In this document: positions 29,176 to 37,723 of the stretch, in pieces
How the letters are laid out: every line of letters starts with the position of its first letter
Numbering within the stretch: position 1 is the stretch's first letter
Source of the DNA: Clostridia bacterium
GTDB lineage: Bacteria > Bacillota > Clostridia > Christensenellales > UBA1242
Direction of reading: 5' to 3'
DNA: 45,117 bases
Assembly (NCBI GenBank): GCA_900768425.1
Contig: CAAGCR010000108.1
Coordinates: forward strand, 1 to 45,117
Made by a program: the position numbers and the translations under genes
Notes under the pieces: model-generated
Told to the model about the DNA's origin: nothing
The model's input: the letters and a program-made list of their open reading frames with translations, nothing else
The model's database searches: none

Positions 29176-29628
29176 ATGAAATTATCTGAAGCATTAATTA
29201 TAAGAAGTGATTTACAAAAACGCGTTGAACAAATTAGAATGCGTCTTGTTGCAAATGCAAAAGTTCAAGAGGGGGATAAAACTGCAGAAGACCCAAATGA
29301 GATTTTGGCAGAACTTGACCAAACTATAACTGATTTAACAGACATTATAAAAAGAATAAATTTAACAAATAGTGTAGTAACCGATGGTAAAAATACTATA
29401 ACTGAGTTGTTGGCAAAAAGAGATTGCTTGTCTTTAAAAATAAAAATTGAGCAAGAATTTTTAACCACTGCCAGAAACAAAATTGATAGATATTCCAATA
29501 AAGAAATTAAAGTATTTAGTGCAATAGATGTCAAAACAGAACAAGCAAAACTTGATAAATTGTCGAAAGAATTAAGAGAGTTAGATGTTAAAATTCAAGC
29601 ATTAAACTGGGCATCTGATTTAATTTAA
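29176..29628 (+). CDS. DIP1984-family (septicolysin-like) helical protein
   Basis: From memory, the N-terminus MKLSEALIIRSDLQKR...AKVQEGD..AEDPNE...INLTN and the C-terminal LNW motif match this 150-aa family. Confidence 0.65.
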   Translation: MKLSEALIIRSDLQKRVEQIRMRLVANAKVQEGDKTAEDPNEILAELDQTITDLTDIIKRINLTNSVVTDGKNTITELLAKRDCLSLKIKIEQEFLTTARNKIDRYSNKEIKVFSAIDVKTEQAKLDKLSKELRELDVKIQALNWASDLI

Positions 29629-29980
29629 TAAGTAAAATGAATTTTTTGATATTGTTTTAGACTTAAAAATATCTATTTTTTAAGTTGCAAACAAGCAAAA
29701 TGTTGAAAATTTATATATTTTTATTAAAAAGATTTTGTTTTTTACATATTAAAAGTGCATAGTGAGTAGCAATAATTGGGGTGTAACCCTTTACGTGGTT
29801 TTTGGGTAAAAAAATTCACAAAGAATTAGGGGTCCGCGGGAAAGGCTGACCGCAAAAATTAACATAAAATGCCAGCATATTAACATGTGCATTTTTATAT
29901 TTAACATTTACTACCAACATCAAATTATTGCGAGGGTTGAGGTTTAGGGGAAAATTTAAAATTGTGCCATAATAAATACT

Positions 29981-30022
29981 CTACTGAAAGATTTTATTGA
30001 CTTTTGAAAAATCTTTCAGTAG
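29981..30022. promoter_or_regulatory. Perfect 15-bp inverted repeat (CTACTGAAAGATTTT / AAAATCTTTCAGTAG) with TTGACT in the 12-nt loop
   Basis: Read directly from the sequence. A third half-site TGAAAGATTTTCTACT lies at 30085-30100. I read it as an operator-like element upstream of the phage-like cluster. Confidence 0.5.
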
Positions 30023-30135
30023 ATGTAGTATTTATTTAGAGGGTTGGCTTATATAAGTTTGTTTTTAATTAAAACATATTAAATTGAAAGATTTTCTACT
30101 TATGTCCGAACTATAATTAGAAAAAATTTAAAAAA

Positions 30136-30169
30136 CTCCGTCACAGGGTTATTGTGATGGGGTTTTTTG
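30136..30169 (+). terminator. Intrinsic terminator 45 nt upstream of the first phage-like gene
   Basis: CTCCGTCACA-GGGTTAT-TGTGATGGGG 10-bp stem followed by TTTTTT. Confidence 0.65.
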
Positions 30170-30213
30170 TTGGTATTATTTTGGTGTGATTTGCAAGGGG
30201 AGGACAAAATGGA

Positions 30214-30561
30214 ATGAACATTGCAGAAGAAATTGATGGCAAAATGATTAAAAAAGTATTAGATGCTTTAACCAAAAAGGCTACAGGTTATGAAACCAAA
30301 GAAGTTACAGAAGAGTATACAAATGATGGTGAAAAAGATGTTTTGACCAAAAAGAAAATCTGCAAATATTATGTCCCGGCAGACATATCAGCGGCTAAGT
30401 TACTTTTAGATGTCTGTGGCACGAGTCAACAAAAAAGTTATTACGGAATGAGTGATGAAGAATTGGACAATGAGGCCATTAGACTATTTAAAGAGTATCA
30501 AAGTTTGACTGACAAAAATATTTTTAATGAAGTAGAAGGAGAAGTAGGTGAAGATAGTTAA
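30214..30561 (+). CDS. Terminase small-subunit-like protein (C-terminal half only)
   Basis: ATGYETKEVTEEYTNDGEKDVLTKKKICKYYVPADISAAKLLLD resembles the conserved GYEYEE..EYD..G....K.....K..PPD..A..FWL core of Firmicute phage TerS proteins. The N-terminal HTH half is absent. Confidence 0.45.
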   Translation: MNIAEEIDGKMIKKVLDALTKKATGYETKEVTEEYTNDGEKDVLTKKKICKYYVPADISAAKLLLDVCGTSQQKSYYGMSDEELDNEAIRLFKEYQSLTDKNIFNEVEGEVGEDS

Positions 30562-30757
30562 AATAGCGTACAAAACAAAATGCGATTTCCCCGGTTGTAA
30601 AAATTTGGCAGAAAAAATAATTTGTGATGAAAACGATTCTGCAAAAAAGTTACAACTATGTGATGTATGTTTAAACAACATATATAATTGCGTTGCGAAA
30701 ACGGTTATCCCTAAGGGAATTGAAGCACCTTTTAAAAATCAAAGAAAATTAAGATAA
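30548..30757 (+). CDS. Small Cys-rich (C-x4-C ... C-x2-C) zinc-ribbon-like protein
   Basis: 69 aa, GTG start with an AGGAG SD. It overlaps the upstream gene by 14 nt. Confidence 0.45.
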   Translation: MKIVKIAYKTKCDFPGCKNLAEKIICDENDSAKKLQLCDVCLNNIYNCVAKTVIPKGIEAPFKNQRKLR

Positions 30758-30765
30758 GGAGATTT

Positions 30766-32640
30766 ATGAAAAAAAACGAAGAACAAGAACTTGTAAAAGA
30801 AGTGACCGATGATTTCAAAAAACGAAGTTATGAGCGTAAACCTTTTGATGCACAATGGCAATTAAATATGAACTTCTTGATGGGAAATCAATATTGTAGC
30901 ATAGGTTATAATAACGATGTTGAAGAATATGACAAACAATTTTTTTGGCAAGAAAGAGAAGTTTTTAACCATATAGCAAGCATAATAGAAACAAGACTTG
31001 CCAAGCTAAAAACAGTAAGACCAACAATGACAATAGTGCCGGCAAGCGGTGATGAAAGTGACATAAAAACAGCCAAATTAAGTAAAAAAATTGTCAATTC
31101 AATTTACAATAAAGAAGATATGTCAAAACTTATTTGTGAAGCTACTAAATGGAGTGAAATAACGGGTTCGGTTTTCTATAAAATTACATGGAACAATAAC
31201 AAAGGGCAAACATTTGCAGTAAACGACAAGGGTGAAAAGTTAAAAATGGGAGATGTGCAAATATCAATTTGTTCACCTTATGAAATCTATCCAGAAAGCA
31301 CTGCATCAACTAACTTGCAAGACTGCAAATCAATTATTCATGCAAAAGCATATCACATAGATGAAATAGAAAAACTATGGGGTAAAAAAGTTGCTGGTGG
31401 TGATGTAAATGTTTTCTCGCTAGATGCTAAAAATGATGGCATTGGTGGGCTTGGTTATAATGCTCGGGCTCCAAGAGTTGTAAATACCATAAAGAGCAAC
31501 TATGCGGTAGTAATTGAAAAATATGAAAAGCCAAATCTTAAATATCCGAACGGTAGACTAATTATTGTGGCAGGTGACCAGTTGCTATATGCGGGCGACC
31601 TACCATATGAAAACGGCAATGATGGCGAAAGAACTTTTCCGTTTGTTCGCCAAGTATGCTTAGAACAAAGCGGTTGTTTTTGGGGTGCAAGTGTTATTGA
31701 AAGAATAATACCTGTACAAAGAGCATACAATGCAGTAAAAAATAGGAAACACGAATATATCAACAGATTATCAATGGGGGTTTTGACCGTAGAAGATGGC
31801 TCGGTAGATATTGACAACTTAGAAGAAGAGGGCTTGTCACCAGGTAAAATTTTGGTGTATAGACAAGGTTCTTCTGCACCTAGTTATATGGCAAACACAA
31901 ATGTTCCGGCAGATTTTTCAATAGAAGAAGAACGTCTTTTAAATGAATTTAAAGTAATTAGTGGTGTGTCTGATATTATTAATTCAAATATTGCCAATAG
32001 CAATATTTCAGGTGTTGCTTTGCAACTTTTAATTGAACAAGATGAAGCAAGACTGTCAGTCACTAGTGACCAAATAAAAATGGCAATAAAAGATGTTGCA
32101 AAACACATTTTAAGACTATACAAACAGTTCGCAACAGTGCCACGTTTATTTAAAATTGTAGGCGATCATGGTGAATTAGAAGTCAACTATTTTAGTGCAT
32201 CTGATATCACCAGTGATGATATAACCTTTGAAACCGATACAGAACTAAACGAATCTTTGGCACAGCGTAGAACAATGGTTTTTGATTTGTTAAAAGCGGG
32301 ACTTTTGTACAACGAAGATGGAAAACTTACAAACAGAATGCGAATAAAAGCATTAGAACTTTTAGGTTTTGGTGTTTGGGAAAATTCACAAGATATTATG
32401 GAACTTCATCAAAAGAAAGCAGCGTGTGAAAATTCACATTTAATGAATGGTGATAAAATATCTGTCAGTGAAATTGATGACCATGATATTCACATAAATG
32501 AGCATATTGCTTTTATGTTAGGTGGAGATTACGAAAAGAATGCAACAAAAGAAATAGAAGCAAAATTTTTAGAACACATACGAGAACATAAAAAATACAA
32601 ACAAATAAATAATGAGATAGAAAATAGTCAAATACAATAA
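30766..32640 (+). CDS. Phage portal protein
   Basis: The call rests on its size (624 aa), the N-terminal W.LN.NF..GNQY motif, acidic internal segments and its position directly upstream of scaffold and capsid genes. Confidence 0.7.
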   Translation: MKKNEEQELVKEVTDDFKKRSYERKPFDAQWQLNMNFLMGNQYCSIGYNNDVEEYDKQFFWQEREVFNHIASIIETRLAKLKTVRPTMTIVPASGDESDIKTAKLSKKIVNSIYNKEDMSKLICEATKWSEITGSVFYKITWNNNKGQTFAVNDKGEKLKMGDVQISICSPYEIYPESTASTNLQDCKSIIHAKAYHIDEIEKLWGKKVAGGDVNVFSLDAKNDGIGGLGYNARAPRVVNTIKSNYAVVIEKYEKPNLKYPNGRLIIVAGDQLLYAGDLPYENGNDGERTFPFVRQVCLEQSGCFWGASVIERIIPVQRAYNAVKNRKHEYINRLSMGVLTVEDGSVDIDNLEEEGLSPGKILVYRQGSSAPSYMANTNVPADFSIEEERLLNEFKVISGVSDIINSNIANSNISGVALQLLIEQDEARLSVTSDQIKMAIKDVAKHILRLYKQFATVPRLFKIVGDHGELEVNYFSASDITSDDITFETDTELNESLAQRRTMVFDLLKAGLLYNEDGKLTNRMRIKALELLGFGVWENSQDIMELHQKKAACENSHLMNGDKISVSEIDDHDIHINEHIAFMLGGDYEKNATKEIEAKFLEHIREHKKYKQINNEIENSQIQ

Positions 32641-33175
32641 CAAATGAAGAATGAGAACTGATGAATTAATGATAATATTCCAGTGAACAAAACACGATGT
32701 GGCTTGCAGTGAACGGTCAAAGACCGCAGTGAATGAACAACAAGTTGTTCGCTGTGAAGTGCAAGCCTTAGGCTTGCGGTGATTGTCAAGTTTATATATT
32801 TTTATTTTGAGTTATTACAAACTTTTGTTATCACCAATTAACTTTGAGTCATCACAAGCCTTTGCTCCGAACAAAAGTGGCTGGCATTTGCAAAGCAAAT
32901 GACTGTGTTGTTTCTCTGCCTATTGAAAAAATAATCAATACTTATAATTAAAGAATTAAGGATAATATCAAAAAAAATAATTAATAAATATTTATTAAAA
33001 ATTATTTAATAATTAATTTTTAATTAAATTAATGTTTTAATTATTTATATATAAAATCTAATAAGAAATTATCAAAAAAAGATAAAAATAATCCTTAATT
33101 CATCATTTATCATTAATTTTCAATCATCATTAACTTTAACTCATTATTTATTAATAAACAAAAATAGGAGATATT
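32641..33175 (+). repeat. Mosaic intergenic repeat, copy C
   Basis: Arm module 32641-32672, GTGAA-hairpin array 32681-32783, TTGTCA core 32783-32868, an AT-rich segment, and an inverted arm module about 33090-33135. The homology to copies A and B is given in their entries. Confidence 0.75.
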
Positions 33176-33841
33176 ATGGAAGAAATAAAAAATTTAGGGG
33201 AACAACCTGAAAATCAAAACAAGGAAAATGTACAAAGTGAAATTGTTGAAGAAGTGAAAGAAGGTACGACTTGTCCTTGTGAGAATGAAGGCTCCCTAGG
33301 TAAATTTAAAGATACCACAAGTTTACTTTCTGCCTATAACAGTTTGCAGGCAGAGTTTACTAAAAAGTGTCAAAAATTAAGCGAGATTACAAAACAATTA
33401 AATGATAATCAGACCTTAAACAAAGAAGAGAGTATGCCGGTTTTTGCCGATGCTAATTGGCAAGAAAATGTTTCAAACTTCTTATCAAAAAATACCGAGG
33501 CACAAAAATATTCGGGAGAGATTGCAAACGAAATTCTTATGGATAAAAATTTGCAATCTTCTCCAAATGCCTTGGAACTTGCTTGGGCAAGAGTAATGCA
33601 AAAAAATTATGCCGAGCCTGAAAAATTATCTAATGATCAAAACTTCATCAATGAAAAAATTTTGAGCAGAGATGATGTAAAAAAACAAGTTTTAGAAGAA
33701 TATTTTAAAAATCTACAAAATGTAAAAACTCCACCAGTTATTACTTCTGATGGAAGTGTGGCAAGCATAGTAGAAAAAAAGCCTACTACAATGCATGAGG
33801 CAAAACTAGCGGTGGAGAAACTATTTAACTTAAAAGGATAA
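33176..33841 (+). CDS. Phage capsid scaffolding protein
   Basis: Acidic helical 221-aa protein with the GKFKDTTSLLSAYNSLQAEFTKK motif common in scaffold proteins. It lies between portal and capsid. Confidence 0.65.
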   Translation: MEEIKNLGEQPENQNKENVQSEIVEEVKEGTTCPCENEGSLGKFKDTTSLLSAYNSLQAEFTKKCQKLSEITKQLNDNQTLNKEESMPVFADANWQENVSNFLSKNTEAQKYSGEIANEILMDKNLQSSPNALELAWARVMQKNYAEPEKLSNDQNFINEKILSRDDVKKQVLEEYFKNLQNVKTPPVITSDGSVASIVEKKPTTMHEAKLAVEKLFNLKG

Positions 33842-33844
33842 TAA

Positions 33845-35071
33845 ATGGTAACTTTATCAAGCGCAGAAAGCGCATTAAAAACAGTATATTTGGGTGTCGT
33901 TGCAAATCAATTAAACATTAACGCAAACCCATTACTTGGAAAAATTAAACAAACAACAAAAGATGTCTGGGGTAAAGAAGTTAGAAAACTTGCTCCATAC
34001 GGAATTAACGGTGGTATTGGTGCAGGTGCAGAAGATGATGCACTTCCAAAAGCCGCTGGAAACAAATATGTTCAATTCGTGTCAGAACTTAAAAACTTAT
34101 ATGGCAAAATTGAACTTTCTGACAAGGCAATTCGTGCATCAGAAAACAATGCAGGTGCATTTGTCAATTTATTAAACGATGAAATGGAAGGCTTAGTAAA
34201 AGCATCTTCATTCAACTTTGGTCGTATGCTTTTTGGTGATGGTTCAGGTTTACTTGCAACTGTGCAATCTTTTGATTCATCAACAAAAGCTATTACTTGT
34301 GACACTGTAAAAAACTTGATAGAAGGAATGGTTATTGATACATATGCAACTTCCGGTAAAGTGGCTAATAGCAGTGGCGTAAGAATTAAATATGTTGACC
34401 GCGTAAACAAAAAAGTTTATATCGAAGACACAACCGTTACTTTCTCGGCTAACGATAAACTTTATGTTCAAAATTCAAAAGATTTTGAAATTACAGGGCT
34501 TGGAAAAATTTTCTCTAACTCAACCAAACTATATGGCTTAACAAGAGCAGATTATCCATGGCTTGCTCCTTACACTAAAACAAGTGCAGGGGAAATTAGC
34601 GATGGCTTAATTCAAAGTGCTATTGACTTTTTAGAGGAGGTTTCTGGCTCAGAAATTAACTATATTGCTTGCTCAAGTGCAGTAAGACGTGCTTATCAAG
34701 AATATTTAGGTGCATATAGAAGAAATATTGATATTGCAGTTTTAGATGGTGGTTATAAGGCTATATCATACAATGGTATTCCACTTGTTGCCGACAGATT
34801 TGTTGCTGATGATACAATGTATCTTTTGAATACTAATGACTTTACTTTACATCAACTTTGCGACTGGAAATGGTTAGAAGGTGAAGATGGTAGAGTAATT
34901 CGCCAAAATATGGGTTTCCCAACTTACAGTGCTACTCTTGTTAAATATGCTGACTTAATTTGCGATAAACCAAATGGTCAAGCAAAAATTAGCGGTATTT
35001 CTAGCACAGTAACTAACCCTTTTGCACCGGTTGTAAATAACAATATCACAAATACAACTGCCAATGGCTAA
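33845..35071 (+). CDS. Phage major capsid protein (HK97-fold type)
   Basis: 408 aa, immediately after the scaffold gene. Its composition and segments (YGKIELSDKAIRAS, FNFGRMLFGDGSG) resemble major capsid families. Confidence 0.7.
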   Translation: MVTLSSAESALKTVYLGVVANQLNINANPLLGKIKQTTKDVWGKEVRKLAPYGINGGIGAGAEDDALPKAAGNKYVQFVSELKNLYGKIELSDKAIRASENNAGAFVNLLNDEMEGLVKASSFNFGRMLFGDGSGLLATVQSFDSSTKAITCDTVKNLIEGMVIDTYATSGKVANSSGVRIKYVDRVNKKVYIEDTTVTFSANDKLYVQNSKDFEITGLGKIFSNSTKLYGLTRADYPWLAPYTKTSAGEISDGLIQSAIDFLEEVSGSEINYIACSSAVRRAYQEYLGAYRRNIDIAVLDGGYKAISYNGIPLVADRFVADDTMYLLNTNDFTLHQLCDWKWLEGEDGRVIRQNMGFPTYSATLVKYADLICDKPNGQAKISGISSTVTNPFAPVVNNNITNTTANG

Positions 35072-35108
35072 AAGGTTTTAAAATGCCTATAAGGTGAACT
35101 TTGAGAAC

Positions 35109-35206
35109 GAGCGGTAAAGTTTGTGACTTATAAAATAAGTCACAAAAGCCAAATTGATAATTCAATTTGGCTAGCACACTAAAATTTTAGTGTGCCTTTA
35201 CCGCTC
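35109..35206 (+). ncRNA. Perfect four-way-junction element (candidate structured RNA or DNA cruciform)
   Basis: An outer 11-bp stem GAGCGGTAAAG/CTTTACCGCTC encloses three perfect hairpins: 35123-35143 (9 bp), 35148-35171 (10 bp) and 35174-35195 (palindrome). It is preceded by GGTGAAC at 35093-35099. The strand is not determinable. Confidence 0.5.
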
Positions 35207-35259
35207 TAAGAAATCTTAAACAAACCTACATAATTTGCTTTAATTTTAAAAGGAGAAAA

Positions 35260-35595
35260 ATGGAAAAAGTAATTGTAAATAGTGACGCTTTAGGAATAAT
35301 AGACCGCTTAAAAATGTGGAATAAAAAATATGAAATTTATTATAATCTAAAATCTAAAAAATATATGTTATACCTTTTTGAAAACGAATTAAAACCAAGT
35401 GCATATTGCTTGACCTATCCATTTGATCAGATTGATGAGCGAATGATAGACTACACATTAAAAAGCGAAATACAAAACCGTAAAGCGTATTTAAAAGAAA
35501 TAGAGGAGTCCAATGCTCTCCTTTTAAGAAAAGAGCAAAAAAATATGTTAAATAAAATGGAGAATCATTTAAGTGACAGCAAAAGAAATAATTAA
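35260..35595 (+). CDS. Hypothetical phage-cluster protein (111 aa)
   Basis: Good AAGGAG SD. I recognise no motif. Confidence 0.5.
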   Translation: MEKVIVNSDALGIIDRLKMWNKKYEIYYNLKSKKYMLYLFENELKPSAYCLTYPFDQIDERMIDYTLKSEIQNRKAYLKEIEESNALLLRKEQKNMLNKMENHLSDSKRNN

Positions 35596-36142
35596 AAATG
35601 TTTGTACTTATCTCGGAAAAGAAGAACTATTAAATTCTTCTTTTTTTGAAAACGATGGACAAGAGCCAACAAAAGAGCAAACAAAACAAATAAACAAAAT
35701 GATAGATTGTTTAAACTACATAACAGAAGAATTAGCGACAGAATATTTGCCAATTATAAAGACAAAAGAAGTGACATTAAACTCTGGTGCGATTACATTA
35801 AAAGAAATAGATAGTAAATTACAAGAGATAATTTCAGTAAAAACTCTAAACGGAAAAACTCTAAGATACACCATAGCAAATGATAAAATGATATGCCTTG
35901 CAACAAGGGTGGTTATAAGTTATAAGGTATATCCCGAAACAATAACATTTACATCTTTGGCGGAAAACTTTGGTGGTAAAATCTCCGCAAGAGTAATTGC
36001 TTATGGTGTGGCAAGTGAATATTGCTTTTTAGAAATGTTATATGATGATGCAACGCTTTGGGAAAGCAGATATAAAAATGCTTTACTTGTAGCATCGCGT
36101 AAAAAAGGGGAAATACAACTTAAAAAAAGAGGGTGGTTTTAA
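35573..36142 (+). CDS. Putative head-tail adaptor/connector protein
   Basis: 189 aa, and its position after the capsid gene matches the podoviral adaptor (T7 gp11-like size). GTG start. The call rests on position and size only. Confidence 0.4.
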   Translation: MTAKEIIKNVCTYLGKEELLNSSFFENDGQEPTKEQTKQINKMIDCLNYITEELATEYLPIIKTKEVTLNSGAITLKEIDSKLQEIISVKTLNGKTLRYTIANDKMICLATRVVISYKVYPETITFTSLAENFGGKISARVIAYGVASEYCFLEMLYDDATLWESRYKNALLVASRKKGEIQLKKRGWF

Positions 36143-37644
36143 TGTTTTATCCAAACCGAAAATTACGCAAAACAAGCAAACAAGCGGTTGTAAATTTTAC
36201 TAATTTTCAAAAATGTATGAACACAGACACAGATGAAGCCTTGTTGCCATATAAAGAAGCAAAACTGTCATATAATTTCAATGTTAAAAATGGCGCTCTT
36301 TGCACAGGTTATGGTGTTAAAGCTTTAACTTTACCAAAACTATCTTTGCTAGGGGAAAGAATTATAAAAAATCCAGGCAAAGATATAAAACAAATTTGGA
36401 AGTATAAATATTATCATCAAAGTGTAAAACGCGATGATTCACAAATAGTGTGTATGGACTCTGATGGACAAATATATTATGTTTTGATTCAAGACAATTC
36501 CTCAGCATGTTGCCCACTATTTGACCAAACACCATTCACCGGTGTGCCAACGGCAATTAATTATAGGTTAAATTCGACCGATACATTAATATTTTCTTCT
36601 GAAGAAGATGGTATGTGGAAGTACGCAACAAACGAAGGGCTTACAAAGGTAGAAGATGCTCCACATATTGTATCCATGTGTGTGCATTATGAAAGATTAT
36701 TCGCTGTTGTTGGTGGTGAGCGTAATAGACTTGCGTTTTCAGCGAACCTAGATCCAACAAATTGGAAAGCTGACCTTACTGATGGTGGGTTTATTGATAT
36801 GCAAGATGAAAGAGGTGCATTGCAAAAGGTAGTATCATTTAATGATTATGTCTATGTGTTTAGAGATTATGGAGTTACAAAAGTATCTGCATATGGCGAC
36901 CAGACAGATTTTAGCGTTTCGCACCTATTTGTGTCTAGTGTAAAGTTATATGGCGATACAGTTACGGTATGTGGCAATAAAATATTGCTTTTGACAAGAG
37001 ATGGCATTCACACCTTTGATGGTTATTCAACTCATAAATTGAATTTAGGAATAGATGACCTTTTCAAAGATGTGCATAATGACAATGCTTGTGGTGTATA
37101 TTTTAAGAACAAATTTTTGCTTGCTTGCAAACTTAACTTTAACGATGATGAGAAAATTGGTTGCGAAAACTACGAAAGTGGATATGTAAACAATGCCTTA
37201 ATTGAATTAGATTTAGTGACAAAAGAAATATCTATAACGCGTGGCATAGATATTGCATCTATGGTGGTTGTAGATGATCCTCGCTTTGCGAAAGTGGTGG
37301 TTTGTTTCAATGGTGAGCATAGTAAAAAATTTGGTGAACTCTGCGAAGACGGTTGTGTATTTGGCGAGCCTCTGGCTAAAAAATGGGTAAGCCCAAAGAG
37401 CAATATGGGGTATCCTACAAAAGTTAAACAAATTAAAGAGTGCTTAATTAAAACAAAATCACCTTGCATAATTGACATAAAAACCGACAAAGAATCAAAG
37501 AGTTTTGAAGTGGAAGGTAAAGATACTTCTCAAAGAATAAAACTTAATATGATTGGCGAACAGATAGAAGTGGCATTCAAATCAAATAGTAGTGGTGAAA
37601 CAAACATATCTTGTCCGCAGATTACACTATTAATCGGAAGTTAA
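36142..37644 (+). CDS. Putative tail tube/nozzle-like structural protein with repeated beta-strand motifs
   Basis: About 500 aa with propeller-like repeats (DGQIYYV, EEDGMWKY, RLFAVVGGERNRLAFS, DYVYVFRDYG, ILLLTRDGIHTF). It has no P-loop, so it is not a terminase. The ATG at 36142 overlaps the upstream stop (TAATG). Confidence 0.4.
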   Translation: MFYPNRKLRKTSKQAVVNFTNFQKCMNTDTDEALLPYKEAKLSYNFNVKNGALCTGYGVKALTLPKLSLLGERIIKNPGKDIKQIWKYKYYHQSVKRDDSQIVCMDSDGQIYYVLIQDNSSACCPLFDQTPFTGVPTAINYRLNSTDTLIFSSEEDGMWKYATNEGLTKVEDAPHIVSMCVHYERLFAVVGGERNRLAFSANLDPTNWKADLTDGGFIDMQDERGALQKVVSFNDYVYVFRDYGVTKVSAYGDQTDFSVSHLFVSSVKLYGDTVTVCGNKILLLTRDGIHTFDGYSTHKLNLGIDDLFKDVHNDNACGVYFKNKFLLACKLNFNDDEKIGCENYESGYVNNALIELDLVTKEISITRGIDIASMVVVDDPRFAKVVVCFNGEHSKKFGELCEDGCVFGEPLAKKWVSPKSNMGYPTKVKQIKECLIKTKSPCIIDIKTDKESKSFEVEGKDTSQRIKLNMIGEQIEVAFKSNSSGETNISCPQITLLIGS

Positions 37645-37723
37645 AAAATGATAATTATAAACAAAAAATTACTGAAAATGATTGCCACTAGGCAAAAGAA
37701 AATAATTGTAAAGGGGGATAGTG

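Noticed and set aside
29690-29720. Possible attL/attR pair (GTTGCAAACAAGCAAAATGTTG against CTTGCAAATTTGCAAAGTGTTG at about 42119)
   Set aside because: It is only an imperfect match of about 75% over 26 nt in AT-rich DNA, and no integrase is present. I consider it insufficient.
29709-29724. Shared TTTATATATTTTTATT string between the cluster leader and repeat copy C (32790-32805)
   Set aside because: It is a low-complexity AT-only 16-mer and the similarity does not extend into the flanks.
35109-35206. Cloverleaf topology read as a tRNA or tRNA-like gene
   Set aside because: The stems are 9-11 bp instead of 4-7 bp. There are no conserved D-loop or T-loop nucleotides, no anticodon-loop geometry and no CCA.
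36133-36141. GTG start of the 503-aa ORF
   Set aside because: The ATG at 36142 overlaps the upstream stop (TAATG) and has better SD spacing. The difference is only 3 codons.
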